Made by a program: the position numbers and the translations under genes. This document shows positions 18,660-30,000 of a stretch of 34,538 bases of DNA, piece after piece. The DNA is taken from the NCBI GenBank assembly GCA_000708835.1, contig DF237711.1, positions 2,767 through 37,304 of the forward strand, written 5' to 3'. The DNA comes from Klebsormidium nitens. Its lineage: Eukaryota; Plantae; Klebsormidiophyceae. The notes under the pieces are model-generated. The model did not search any database. It saw only the letters and a program-made list of their open reading frames with translations, and had not been told where the DNA came from. The number at the start of each line of letters is the position of its first letter. Within the stretch, counting starts at the first letter, position 1.

Positions 18660-20062
18660 TTGCTGTGGTCTCCAGGTGTATGTATCGGTAGCGCGATGTA
18701 GGTTACGGCGTTGCGTCAAAAGACGGAGGTCGGGCTAGGGCAATAAGGAACTGCGGCCATTGTGGTTTCACGTATACATAGAGCAGGTCGATTTTGACGT
18801 AGCGGTTTGGACTGGACCGGCGACAGGTTTTACAGCTCCGCAAGCTGTGGGAACAGTGCCTTTAGCGCGGCGCAGACATCATGCTTTATGTAAAGAACTC
18901 TTACTGCATAAGAATGGACATATGCTTATGAACGCTGCACTTTCTGCAACAGAGTTTCTGGTCACATCGAATCCGCACGTCATGCTAGCTTTTATTGCAC
19001 AATGACTTCGAATCATTGGATCAATGCTCAGGCTTCAAACCACGTTGAATGCTCTGATCATTTAGTAAAGGTGCCTTGCGTAAGTCACTAGTTTCGTAAT
19101 ATACATTATAATATGCCAGTCGGAATCAGCATTAAGACTATATACATGCATGAACATGGGATACATGCATGGCTGGCCCTTTAGAAGCGAATCATATGCA
19201 ATGGACGCATGCGTGCAGTGGCTTTCTATTAGCTTGTTGGAATTATGGTTTATATTTGAATGCATGTGCAGAACATGAGATTGAAACGGGAGATAGTCGG
19301 CTTAAGTGCCCAGAAGTCAAGGGTACGAAGTTACGCCTCAAGAAAGGTTACTTGCCTTAGTACGTCACTTTTTCAACCTTCCCCTAATCAGCCATCTGAG
19401 ATCACAGACAATTGCCAGCCCGTCAATTTGCAGCCAGAGCTGTATTCAAACGCACAGCATGATATGCCGCAGTAATACAGGGGCGGGGTGCATCATCATA
19501 TGTGAACGATCTGACAATGCTCAGAAGTGCAGACAATGATTTGCCGGACTGATCGATACCTAAAGCTAGCTAGCTGCACATGTGGGCAGGCCGTTACTTT
19601 TAACAACCGTTCATGGCATACTCAAAACTTGAAAGACGTCTACTAACCTAAGCCTTGGTCAAGTTAATAAGCTCAACAACAGCATGCATACTCAAGTGAG
19701 AACAGGATTGATGTTGGACTGTGTACAAAGAGGCGCAACAAGCAGCAAATCTAGATCCATTCAATAAAAAGTCGGTCAATTGCAGCACATATTGCTTTGT
19801 TTAGATGGATCCAGTCGATGACGAAGATTCGGCGCGTGGATTCTCGACTCTGGTCCTCACTTTCTGAAGGCAGAAGCTGTTCAATATTGCTTTCTGAACC
19901 GAGAAGTTTCAAGCCAGACCTTCTTTGCAGCCTGACAAGTGGCTCGACAGAGTTTCATTTGCTTCGTGTTGGAAACCCTTCGTTCGCGCTGTCATGCCGA
20001 CACCTCAACATCTTCGAGACGCCTTCAATGACTGGCGCATATGCACGGCAAAACAAGGTTCA

Positions 20063-23000
20063 TCATGAGTACTCAGCAAAGTCGTCGGCGTTCCCTTCAT
20101 CCCCATACACCCCCTCTCCATGCTCCAGCCCCTGCCCCCCAAATCCAGCATCTCCCCCCATCCCAACTTCGTTCAACCCACCCTTTTTTTTGCCTTTCAA
20201 CTTGGACCCTTTGCCCGCTTTCTTCCCGTTGCCGAGCCCAACTTTCGTCCCACCCCCCCCCTTCCCGGCGCCTTTCTTTGACTTGGGTTGCCCCCCTGAA
20301 ACGAGAGCAGCCTCCTCCCCCGGGTGTACTTTCGCCTTCCGCTTCCGGCGCCCCCCCAAGCCGTCCGCATCGAACCCCGCATCCGCTGGAAAGAAGGCGA
20401 TTTCCGTTTTGTGCTGCTGAAAGTATGGGTCATCGGAAGCAGAAAGCGAAAGTTGGGGCTTCGAAAAAGTTCAGGACGTCAGCGAATGTTACTGGAAAGG
20501 GCCGGCCGCCACGGCCATGACGTCAGAAAGCAAGTGTCAAGCATGTATCACCGCTTTGCAGTTGCAAAGATTCTTCATAGGCGCCGGGTGCCGCGTTTTG
20601 GATGACATAGCTGTGGGCGATCGCTATGATAGGTTTGACCTCTTAACAGAAAGTTCAACACACTAATGACAGGGTGGACCTCTTGAGAAGCGAGAATCCA
20701 GGACGTGTTGGACCAAAAACGAACACGATTCGCCTGTACCGACCACTGCATTCCCTGCAACTCTTGCTCTGCAGACCTCCTAAAAGAGAACCCACCTAAA
20801 ATCGGGTCTGGAGTGACTGGAGTGACAGGACACCAGATCCAGTCCGCGAACAGAGAGCATGTCTTTCCATTCGATGCTAAACCCCCGTAAGTGTCTCCCA
20901 CGAAGAAAAGCTCCGACTTCTTCACAAAGAAACCGCGCAAAGCAATTCAGCGAAACTTTTTTGTCGCGAATTTCCGACAACGTCGGGAAAAAAGAAACCC
21001 CACCCACCTAGCCGATTCGACGGCCCTGGCGCCTCAACCGTTCTCGCCGCCGCCCCCGCCGCGTCATCTTCCGCGACGGCGGGCGCCTCGGTTTCCGGGG
21101 GGTCCGGCTCGGGTTTTACCGGTAGGAAGTAGAGCCCGTCCTCGTCCGAGTCGCTGTATGCGCCCACCTTCTCGACGGTCTCGATGTCGAGGTCGATGTC
21201 GCTATCCACGTCCTTTTGACCCTTTGGCGCCTGTCAAAACGATCAAAATATAGGCGTTTTAGGACTTCACACTTTGATGCTAGAAGCATAGGGGAAGAGT
21301 TTCCGAACTTCAGGATCTGCGCTTCCAGATGTGGTTTTTGTGGGGTAGTCTCGATCAGAGGCACCGGAAGCGTCCATTTCATCAATGCTCTCGCTGATAA
21401 GAATGGTGTCGCTCTCCTTGTCCGTCCACCCCTTGGCGCCTGCATAACACTCTAGCTGTGATTTTTAGAAGCTTGCAAGCTAAGGATGGGGTCCCTTTTA
21501 AGTAGAACCGCTCTAGGCGCCTACATCGTCAACGGTCTCGATGTCGAGATCGATGTCGCTTTCCACGTCCTTTTGGCCCTTTGGCGCCTGCACAAGGTTG
21601 TTGAATCTGTGTCATTGCATCATGCAGTTTGATAAGGAAGTCTTGGTACCTAGTCTTGATCGGAGCCACCGCAGGCGCCAATTATTCGACGAATGCAACT
21701 TCAAGTTCGATACCGGTGTCCACGTCCTTCTTTAGGCGCCTGCGCAAAAAGACTCGGGGTTCCCAGCTTTTTCAGCTTGAGAATATTGGTTACCCTTTGA
21801 TGGATAGTCGTGTTCCTTCCGGTCACCGTATGTGCAGTTCTTGCTGTGGTCTCAATGTCAATGTTGATGTTGTTGTCCACTGTTTCTTTGCCCTCCTTCC
21901 GGCAGGGTTTCAGGATTTGGGCTGTTTTGTGGATTTTCGCTTTTGGGTTTTGGACGTTTACATCGTAATCTCAGAAAGCCCTTCTTCGAGAAGTTTTCCG
22001 CCTTCATTTGCGCGCCCTCTTTACCCTTTCCTTGAAAGGAGTGTGTCGCCTTCTTTTAAAATTTGGATCATTGATTGGCTGCGAGGGATTCCTCTGGGCC
22101 CCAACCTGCTGGTGCGGTCGAAGTCAAGCGGGCAACCGGTGACCCAAAAATAAGGGTTTTCATCAGGTTAAGTTGGACCAAGAAAGGTGAAATCAAACTT
22201 AGTTCAAATGTTAGAACGACCAGCTCACAACCCAGACCCTAGCTCGACTTATCGTCAAAGTTATGAGCAGATCTGACCAAAGAGCTATTAGTTAAGAGTC
22301 CAATACACTGTTATCTTGAAGTGACAATCCGTAAGTCTTCGTAACCAACTCGTAACCGAGCCCCGGTAACCGACCTCGTCTTCCCGCGGGTTAGAGTCGA
22401 ACTCGTCCTCCCGTTCGTCGTACTCGTCGTTCTCCTGGAGCTCCTTGAAATCCGGTGCGAATGCGCTCCAGTTCTCCTGGTACTCTTTCGCCCACACGTA
22501 GATCACACCGGTGGTTGCGACAGAGGCGACAATCGGACGCGTCGGGTGCCACGCCATATCACGGACGCCCTCCTTCGGACCGTCCAGCGTCCGCATGATC
22601 TGCAAGATGAAACTACCTTTCATTCCCAGTCTTTTCCTTGTTCTGCAAGGCATCGTCGAGATGCTGTTATTTGAGAAAGACAAGCGACATTGAGACGTAG
22701 CAGATCTGATTGTCGACAAAAGAGAAACTGGGAAGAATCAAGTGCCAGTAGAAAATAGTGCCACGGAATCCATTACCTACTTATCTATCCCTCTAAGGAC
22801 GTCAACCGAAGCCACCCTCAGCTCTACTCACCGCCACTCGAAGAAGGTCGCAGCATTCCTGTCAAGCAACCCATAAGCATTTCACCCCTGGACAACACTG
22901 TGAACCCCCAAGGCTACCCAGTTAAATAGCTGCAGCAATCTTCTTGAGTTGCTATTCGTAGGATCGCATTTAAAGCAACCAAACGCGACCCCCTTCGGAA

Positions 23001-25756
23001 ACTGGAGCCCAAGGATCGACGTTGATCGAGGTCTGATGACCTTCATGAGGGAGAGGTTCCATTCGCAGCAACTCACCTGGGGATAAGTCGTCCCCCACAA
23101 TATCAGCTTATGCTCCCCCTGCTGCGCCGATGCCCCCATTACGTATTCCGTATCGCCGCTAAAGCACGCCGTCATCCAGGGAACGTTATTGATCGGATCC
23201 TTGTGATCGCAAATGTACGTAAAGAACGGGTTCGCGAGTTTCTTTCTAGGGGGGGCGCCCGCCAGGCTGGCCTCAGCCTGCTGCGCCGCCCCCCGCTCCG
23301 CGGCAGCCGCGGCCGCGCCCTCGACGGGGAGCTCGACCTTGAAGATGCGCAGCGTGCGGTCGCTGGAGTTGGTCATCAGGTACTGGCCGTTGCGGCTGAC
23401 CACGATCTGACGCACCAGCTGGCCGCCTGGATACGGATGTAAGAAAGAATGTATGGAAAGAGTTACCAGATAGTCCAAGTTCAATCTAGATTGGTTGCTA
23501 AACGGAGCTCGATTCCCATCAGGTCAAGCGAGAAGCTGGCCGAAAATGAACTGACACATCCGCTGCTGCTTGCAAGTCCACTTCCCTTCGTGATCCTCGC
23601 CCAGATATGCCGCCTAGTCGGGCCAATGGTCCGTCCTTTGTTGCAAGAGCAGGAACCAAAGGAATGTTACATCAACGATCTTCAATCGTACTTCTGATAA
23701 AAAAGAATGTGGTGTAAGCTTTGGGACTCCCTACAGGCTCAAGGCATCTCACTATATTTTTCGGATGAGGGCCCCACGCCGCACTTGCGTTTGCCAAGAA
23801 ACGGCTCTTCATCCGACCCCTTTTAGATGAGACAAACCCTGGGTTCAGTTCTTGTTAAAACAACAAAAAAGCTCTCTGTTCACTCTGTGACTCAAACAAA
23901 AGCCCACCTTGTATTTGCATCCGCCCCAATACCTTCTTACTCGCTGTCTCAACCACGAGCACCTCCCCCCGCGCCGTCCCCACGAACACCAGATCCCCTC
24001 GCTTGTTAAACACCGCCGCACCAAATGACACCGAGACCCCCTCCCCCCCTTTCCCCTTCCCCGCCCCCCCCGCCGTGATCTCATCCACACTCAACAACGG
24101 CCCGCACCGCGCCTCTTCCCCTGACACCCCAAAGTTGTCCAGGAGAAGGGGGGGGCCTTGTTGCGGGCATACTAGACACATGGCGCTGTCTTTGGGGTGT
24201 AAGGACACGCGCAAGATCGTGTATTCACACTTGTAAGATGCGACGCGGGCCCCCGAGGCGACGTCCCAGAGCGAGATCAGATTGTTCTGGACAGTTGAGG
24301 AGACCAGGCGTCGCCCGTCCTTGGACCAGCCCACGCTCGAGATCCAGAAGGGTTCCCCATCGATTCTGAGTTCTTTGGCGACGCCCCGGGTGTCGAAGTC
24401 CCAGACGAGGATCGAGCCGTTCGTGCAGCCGGCTGGAAAGCAAGAAGAGAAAAAGGAATGTTCATCACGATGTCACAAAAGGCCCCGATCGAGCATCTGC
24501 TCATGCCAGGGTGCAATAACTTACTTTCTGAGAAAGTAATTGACAAGAGAGATGATGAATTTCCCCTGGCTGTCCTTCGCGTAAAGTATGCATCCCTGAG
24601 GGTAGGTGGTCGCGATTGAGAGGAGGAATAGCTGACCATATTACCTGCCTTGGTTCTGCCTGAATGAGTGGTAAAGTGCCTAAAAATGGGGTAATATGGA
24701 TCCCAAAGTCTGTCAGTATGACTCTCCTTTGGCGAAGCAAAGCGGTCAGGAGATACAACACCCAGTATACTTCAATCACAAGTCCCACTTTAAAGCATTA
24801 GCTACTGAAGATTACCAATTGAAAAGCTCATAAAAGGCGTCACTCTCAAAGCCCCATTTGTGCCGCACCCCTTGTCACAAAGTGTATCGAATCTTCTTGC
24901 TGGACACTAGCATCATCGACACCGAGGGATTACTCGGCCTACCTGCAAGAAGCGTACCCCGCCGGTTGAAAGCAACGCACTGGGCATAGTACGGCTCCTG
25001 GTATAGGTACTCCTCAATGACTTCGGGGAAGTCGAGGACAAAGCCTTCGTTGGAGTATGACGGATCTGGTGCACAGAGATCAGCCCATGTTTAGCACATC
25101 TTCATACAGGGAGCATTCTACATAGCCACTCGTTTAGAGACGTTGAGTGATCAAAAGGTTTGCCCCTGGAACATTCAGTTTCCGCGGGCCCACCATACAT
25201 GTTCAGTAAATCATACCCCAGCCAACATCATTTTTGCCATACCTACGTTCGCAGATTCTTCCAATATAACTTCAACACTGGACAAAGCTGGCTAAAAAAT
25301 CAGGAAGATAAAGTAAGGAGAATAGCATCATTCTTGTTTTTTGGACTGGGCACTTGCAGCATCAAGGCCGCCACCAATCAGAGAGCGCTTTTCTAATCTG
25401 CTCGGTAAAGTGACGTGGGCCCTTGTCAGTTTACCCAACAGTTTGCAAGATACTGTGTGCTTCTCTGCTAGCCACCACCTCCACAAACCTTTGAAAATTC
25501 AAGGTAGATTGAGAATCTGGTCCAGCCACCACCGTTCGCTAACTCGTTGCTTTCTATCTGGGAAAGCTAGCCCAGAACCATCTAGCTGACCAGGCCCGCG
25601 TCAATGTGACCAGTGCTCTGACTGACTTTCAATTACGTTTTTCATCCTTGAACATTGCACCACTTTTCCATCTTCCATAAGGCGAGGAAGAAAGAAAAGG
25701 ATTATATTGTTTGAGGGATAAAATGGATACCACTCACTGTGTAGTGTCAGATTCAT
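20063..25756 (-). CDS. RBBP5: Retinoblastoma-binding protein 5 (RBBP5/SWD1/RBL), WD40 subunit of the COMPASS H3K4 methyltransferase complex
   Basis: Exons 25756-25738 (MNLTLH; less certain), 25065-24943 (DFPEVIEEYL...AFNRRGTLLA), 24432-23908 (AGCTNGSILVWDFDTRGVAK...GWSKDGRRLVSS), 23426-23077, 22599-22375 (DMAWHPTRP...ENWSAFAPDFKELQENDEYDEREDEFD), 21230-21008 (DIDLDIETVEK...LYFLP) and 20385-20063 (less certain; basic NLS-like tail). All junctions are GT-AG and phase-consistent. Confidence 0.93.
21239..21745 (-). repeat. Three degenerate tandem copies of the RBBP5 exon-6 acceptor plus exon start, inside intron 5
   Basis: CAG|GCGCC acceptors at 21739, 21587 and 21439 precede the functional one at 21230. 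The copy at 21587 encodes APKGQKDVESDIDLDIETVDDVGA*, versus APKGQKDVDSDIDLDIETVEKVGAY in the real exon. Confidence 0.88.
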
Positions 25757-25874
25757 GGTCGCTCCAGCCTTCTCTCAGGGAAGTCAGCATCAAGTACGTC
25801 CGTCAGGCGAGCTTGAAAGACCACCAGATTGCAGGTGGCCACTATAATGAGCTCCACCACAAGTGAGTTGATAG

Positions 25875-26090
25875 GTTGATTGCCCAATTGCACCGCCCAA
25901 TCGACCTGGCCGCCCTCAGGTAATCTTCGATTCCAAGACAAATGCAGTTTCTCTGCTCACTATATAACTTTAAGTTTGAGCTCACTAAGAACTGGGTTGA
26001 AGGATTGAATGCCCAACTGCACCGCTCAATCGAGCTGGCCGCCCGTAGGTAAACTTCGATACAAAAACAAATGCAGTTCTTCTGCTAAAT
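25875..26090. repeat. ~85-bp imperfect direct repeat (period ~128 bp) in the RBBP5/PP7 divergent region
   Basis: TGCCCAA(T/C)TGCACCGC(C/T)CAATCGA(C/G)CTGGCCGCCC..AGGTAA.CTTCGAT.CAA.ACAAATGCAGTT occurs at ~25881 and ~26009. Confidence 0.85.
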
Positions 26091-27076
26091 TCTACCAGCA
26101 ATAAGGCCCAAGACGGTGGTGTACTTCTGCAGACTTTTGCGGACTTGCATCGATGGGCTGCAATTGCATTTATCGAACGCTTGCTCACAATCATGCGAGT
26201 CAAAGTCCAGCTTGCCTCTTCAGAAGTCTATTAAAAAGTACAGCCCCTTTGTATTGCAGAAGCCTCCGGAAAAATGGTGGCCAGAAACTGAGAAAGTTCA
26301 GCTCATGAAATTGAATTCAAGAACGTCTCGCTCTGGCCCTCACGCTTTGCACTAGCTTGACTCTTGAGTGGCAATTGTGCACGTCAATTTTCCAACTGTG
26401 GTTGTTCACATCGTTCCTTTTCCTTCCGGCGTGCCGGACGGTTTTTAGGTGACGGGGTTTGAGATTTGCCTGATTGTATTTAAGCGAACGGTACAGCGGC
26501 GTACAGCCAAAGCGGGAGACGGCAACAGACGGCAAGGTTTGCCGACTGATCCCAAAACATGTTAATGAGCCATAGTTTATCACTATGACCCGGAGGCCGC
26601 GGCAGCTGCTTCTTCTCTCAATAATTTATTCTTTGGAAATTGAAGTCTGAAAATACTTCCAGATAGCATGGGTAGCTGTCAAAGCTATCAAGACGCTTTG
26701 GAGAGGCTCTGAAGACGCAGCTTGCATTCTACAATTCGCAGCAAGGATTGTCTGACCAAGGAGACTCTAACCCTAGAGGCTTTGTGCATTTGCGGTTCAG
26801 CTTCTTGAAAGCAAGCTTGGTGAGGGGCGAGTCGCTTTCAGCTGCCCAGCTTATCTTCAGATGGTTCCGCTAAAGAAGACGTGCTGGGGCATTCTTTGAG
26901 CTCGACAATCATTGCCTAGATTCGTAGCCCAACAAGATCGTTTGTACCACTTCAAGAATCAAAAGGATTGCGCTGCTTCACGTCACCGGTGCTCACCCTT
27001 ATATTCACGCCACCAGACATTTCTTGTGCCCTGTGATACCGTCCCTCCAGGCACCAAAAGTGCCTTCGCTTTTCAG

Positions 27077-30000
27077 ATGTTGGAAGGGGACAGTCCTGAG
27101 GCTGCCGCCAAAAGCCAAGATGCAGTGGACCCGATAGTGTGGCCATCAGATGGACAGGTGTCAGTGGCATGGATCGAGAAGCTGCGAGAAGCATTGGTGC
27201 ATGCCACCTGGAAGCGGAAACCCGATGAGCTTCCTCAGATCTTCCCCCCGCAGGTAAGAGATGGCCTAAAACTTTTTCGTCCTGTGGTCATTACCTGCTC
27301 ATGAAAGGCACCTTCTTTTGCGATTCACCATTTGGCTAGCTAGGTCAGATGATAAGTGCCCAAAGCAATCTGCTTATTTTGCAAGCCCAACAGCTTCTGC
27401 TGGAGAGGACACTTGACTTCCTCAAGTCTCCAACCGACAATTAGAGCCTAGGTTTGCCCTCTTCTTTCTGCAGACTCCAGCATTCAGCCCCTGAGGGGTT
27501 TGGTGGTTCTACGCTTTGCTGATTCAGACCCTTCAATGCTGCGCAGGTCTTTGAGGCACTCATAGACAGAGCGACCAAGCTGATGCAATCGGAGCAGAAT
27601 GTGGTGGATGTAAGCCCGAAGAATGGAGAGACGGTGAGCAGCACACCCTCCTCTAAAACCCTAAATGCTGATAATGCGCCCATTTCAGCTTGGTGCAACC
27701 AAACTGCCCCTGAAACGGAGTCGTCAAAAGTGCAGCGAAAATCTTTCTAGAGCAGATGGTGTTTACAAACTTTCTGTTCTGACTCTCAAATGCTAACATC
27801 CTGCCACAATGAAATCTTGATGAGGGGGGCGCAAAAAGCTGAGCCCGACAAAAGTAAAACATTTCAGAGCCTTTCTATCGGCACCACACAATTTTATATG
27901 CTTTGAGCACCGTAAAACGGTCATTGGTGAATGGGCAGTCCGCTTTGTACCTGTTGGAGCTAATCAGGTCTCGTCCTTCGCTCACTAACTGCACCTTCAA
28001 ATTCACTTTTCCACTTAGCTTCGCTTTTCATTTCATAGCTGGGGGCAGAGGTTCCCAGCTATATTCAAAAGATTCCAAGCTCCTCCTTAATCTCCAGCTA
28101 TCCCAAATGGTTTCCCACGTGCAGAAATTCAGCAACCCAGAGCTCGGGTATAGGCAACCCACTTCGTGGTCTTCTGATGTTACTTTCATTGGCGTTTGTA
28201 ACAAGCACTTTCTATGCAACTGCAAGCAACGAATGTTAACGGTTGCTGACCTCTTCAGATATATGCAAGCTTAGAGGCCTGCAAAAGTCAGCAGCTCTCA
28301 GAAAGGCGGCTAAGAGCGGACAACAGCACTTAGGGCTCACCTTGTCAGTTTCTACGGGCAGTCTGTTGGTGTCGTTTTATTGCCGCCGACATATAGATCC
28401 AAGAGGAAGACCGTCAACTGTCTCGATGAGGAAACAACAAAGTTCGAATGAGCGAAGTTAGGTGTGATAGACTGCCCCGATTCGGTCCGCAGGTCACAGT
28501 GGTGGGCGATGTGCACGGCCAGTTCCACGACGTCCTCCGCCTTCTTGAGCGGGCAGGCCAGCCCAGCGAAAAGTCGTTGTTTGTCTTCAACGGAGGTGAG
28601 CTCGGCTGCTCATGGAAAGTCAATCAGTGTTCCATTTGACTCGACAACTGAGGCCAGGGCCCTGATGTTCTGCTACCTACTGGTTTATGAAATACCGTGC
28701 TTGTATGGCACCCCCTCTTTCAACCAAGAAGATTTGCGGTAGGCGTTGAGCTGCTTAGTGTTCGTCGGTGGCCACCATTATCCTTGGAAAGCAGAGAGAG
28801 AGACGGAAGGTGGTTGGCGCTCCCAATCGCTCCCCTTGTTGCAAGCGGGTTCTCTCCTTTCCGAACAAGTCTACTCCCTCCAACTTTAGCTTGTAGCAGG
28901 CTTTTACACTCATCTAATAGCTTCCACGATCTTCTGAAACGGACCCAATTTTCACGACTCTTTCCACAGATCTCGTAGTCTGTCCAATGCAGATTATGTC
29001 GACCGAGGCGCGTGGAGCGTCGAGACCTACGCCCTGCTTCTGGCGTGGAAAGTGTGCCTTCCGAAGCACGTGATTCTGATACGGGGCAACCACGAGACGA
29101 AGTATTGTGCACACGTGTACGGCTTCAAGCAGGAGTTGGAAGCCAAGTATGGAGCCCACAGCAGTCGGGGGCTGTTCAAAAAGCTGTTGGTGAGGCAACG
29201 CGTTTTGAGTAGTTTGTCGGCGTCTTTTATGTGCCTAGAAGCATACATTCGAGGGAGCCTAAGGTTTATGCTTTAATTAATGCGGTGCTTGCCTTGTCCG
29301 TTGGTAGCGCTGCGCGCCTTTCCCAATGCTCACTGCTGATGCTGACGTGACCCGTGAATCGACCCTTCAACAAATCGCTTCTACTCCAAGTCATTACGAC
29401 TCGGAGTGACGCTTCTCTCCAGATTGCCCACGTAGCATGTAAGGGAAGGAAATCGCAGCGTCTCCCCGGATTCAATCCGGATTCATTTAGCATTAAGTGT
29501 AAAGGCAGCCAACACTCTGTCGGCCTTGCAAATCGTCATTCCGCTCACGACTTACCCGACTTCGCCTTTGCAGCTTCAGAAGTTCACCTTAAAGCTTCTA
29601 TTTTTGCAGGTTTGCTTTACAGCCCACCCCCTTGCTGCGGTCGTCGGCTTTTCGACTTTCATCGCACACGGGGGGCTGTTCCGCGAACTCCCGTCCTGGT
29701 ACGGCGGCCGGAAGGGGAAGAAGGGCGGAAAGAACCGGAAGGGGGGGAGAGACAATCATAAGCGCGCCAAGCACGGGTCGGATGCACCGGAAGGGTTGAA
29801 AGTGGGGTCCATTGCGGAGCTTCGGAAAGTCAAGCGGGCGGTCTTGGATCCGCTAGACGGGTGAGTTGGTGAATGTGGTTGGTGATCGGACAGCTTTGAG
29901 GTGCTTTGAAGCAACTGAGGCACAAAGTGCGGGGGAACAAGGGAGCCAGAGTCGCTGGTTGCGCATGCGCAGATCGTCAGGGCAAGGCTAGTTCCGCGTT

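Noticed and set aside
20575-20940. 121-aa minus-strand ORF as an extra RBBP5 exon
   Set aside because: Not needed for phase (21008 joins 20385 in phase 1) and no RBBP5-like sequence, though not formally excluded.
26668-26712. Short uORF upstream of PP7
   Set aside because: The transcript 5' structure is unknown, so it cannot be placed in the mRNA.
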